Below are positions 62,378 through 64,000 of a stretch of DNA of 64,000 nt, in pieces. A model generated the notes under the pieces. It had not been told where the DNA came from and ran no database searches. It saw only the letters and a list, made by a program, of their open reading frames with translations. The stretch lies in contig OX597819.1 in the NCBI GenBank assembly GCA_951406725.2, forward strand, positions 248,001-312,000. The letters run 5' to 3'. Within the stretch, counting starts at the first letter, position 1, and every line of letters begins with the position of its first letter. Source of the DNA: Octopus vulgaris (taxonomy: Eukaryota). A program made the position numbers and the translations under genes.

Positions 62378-62983
62378 TATGTATAAATATATATATATAT
62401 ATATATCAAATAACAAAGGCAGCTATACACAATATAAAACCAAAAAGGAAAATTGTCGCAAATTGTGGCCGAGGGTGCCGAGTAGCATATATATTGCTAG
62501 AAATACAAGCTAAAACCCTTAGAGCCACAAGAAAGCACATATACTGACAGAGGAGATAACCACCACACAGCAAGCGCGATCATTATACTAGTCTACTTTT
62601 GCTTGAAAATCATAAGCTCAAGTGACAAATTCACCACTGGATGGTTTTACTAAATCCTGACTGTCAGCATATATATACATATTTACTATATGAATCTATG
62701 GCTGATTCAGCAAAATGCAAATGTGAAAATTATAAAATAGCGAAGGCAGCTATATGCAATATAAAACCAAAGAGGACAAATTCAGTTGTCACTAATTGTG
62801 ACTGAGTGGAGGGAGAGAGATACACACACACATAAATATATATATCTATATACATACTTACAAACATACATACACACACACAAGCACACACATATATAGT
62901 TGAAATTTACAGAAAAACAAAAGAAGACAAGTGTATAAACAACAAGCCGGTGTATTAGTTTAATGCTCGGGAAGGTGAGAACA

Positions 62984-63021
62984 CCTTTTACATTTCGAGC
63001 CTGTGCTCTTCAACAGAAAGG
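62984..63021 (-). ncRNA. Minimal PLE-type hammerhead motif with core substitutions
   Basis: ccttt-CTGTTGA-a-gagc-acag-gctc-GAAA-t-GTA-aaagg. Confidence 0.55.
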
Positions 63022-63132
63022 AATAAGAGGAAATAAACAGAGAGAGAATAAAAAAAAATCTTATGGATTTAGTGGTCAGTAATATATATACACGCACGCA
63101 CGCACTCACACACACACTCTTTACTCTTTCTC

Positions 63133-63535
63133 TCTTTTACTTGTTTCAGTCATTTGACTGCGGCCATGCTGGAGCACCACCTTTAGTCGAGCAAATTGAA
63201 CCCGGGACTTATTCTTTGTAAGCCCAGTACTTATTCTATCGGTCTCTTTTGCCGAACCACTAAGTGACAGGGACGTAAACACACCAGCATCGGTTGTCAA
63301 GCAATGCTAGAGAGACAAACACAAACATATACACACACATACACATATATATATATATATATACATATATACGACAGGCTTCTTTCAGTTTCCGTCTACC
63401 AAATCCACTCACAAGGCTTTGGTCGGCCCAAGGCTATAGCAGAAGACACTTGCCCAAGATGCCACACAGTGGGACTGAACCCGGAACCATGTGGTTGGTT
63501 AGCAAGCTACTTACCACATAGGCACTCCTGCGCCT
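63133..63535 (-). mobile_element. SINE family A, young full-length copy
   Basis: Very close to 13935-14395. Confidence 0.9.
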
Positions 63536-64000
63536 ATACTTATAAATTTGACATGGCCGATTCTTTCTTGCCTTGGAATTCAGTCAAATGGCTGGGTGGA
63601 ATTATGCGAAAAGTTACACAGGTGTGTAGAATGATCCAGTGGTGTTGCTGGGCTTTGTATTTTTTCCATAGCTCCCATGGTTACCGAGATAATCTACTAT
63701 AATAATACTCTTGTGTTTATGAATGAGAAAGGAAAGGGTGATGGATGAATAAGGAAGAAAGGGATGATGTCATACTTGGTAGCTGGATGATGAAAATTGT
63801 ACGCTGAAAAAATAAATCAAAAAGCTTTTCAACTCTATGCATGTACACAGGGGTGGGTATGTGAATGTGTGCGCGCGTGCACAATGGAAGTGGTATGGTT
63901 CATCTTTGCTTGCTTAGTTTTGGGGTTTATTTTTTTATTTTGTTGAATCTTGGTTGTTTTTCTGTTTGTTGGTCAGTTATTTTTTAGCATTTTTATAGAA

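Overview
AT-rich, microsatellite-laden animal DNA. It is most likely an octopus (coleoid cephalopod) genome, inferred from the tRNA-derived SINE families and the (TA)/(CA) load. Almost all ORFs in the supplied track are microsatellite or repeat artefacts. The main real gene is missing from that track: a minus-strand gene of nine phase-compatible short exons (15376->3184, about 200 aa, unidentified, with a possible ubiquitin-like fold), plus tentative upstream exons reaching a CpG-rich promoter region near 27.2 kb. That region carries a 71-bp inverted repeat with CCAAT boxes. The rest is dense with mobile elements: four SINE families, RTE and CR1-like LINEs, an internally deleted Gypsy LTR element, Tc1/mariner/maT, hAT, pogo and piggyBac MITEs, non-autonomous Helitrons, and many Penelope-like (PLE) relics. 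The most notable observations are (i) at least seven PLE-type hammerhead ribozyme loci from different sequence families, two of them fold-back elements with a hammerhead on each strand, and (ii) unique intronic segments and inverted SINE pairs that could fold the gene's pre-mRNA over exons, which are candidate A-to-I editing or splicing structures. All calls were made by eye. Repeat boundaries are approximate.
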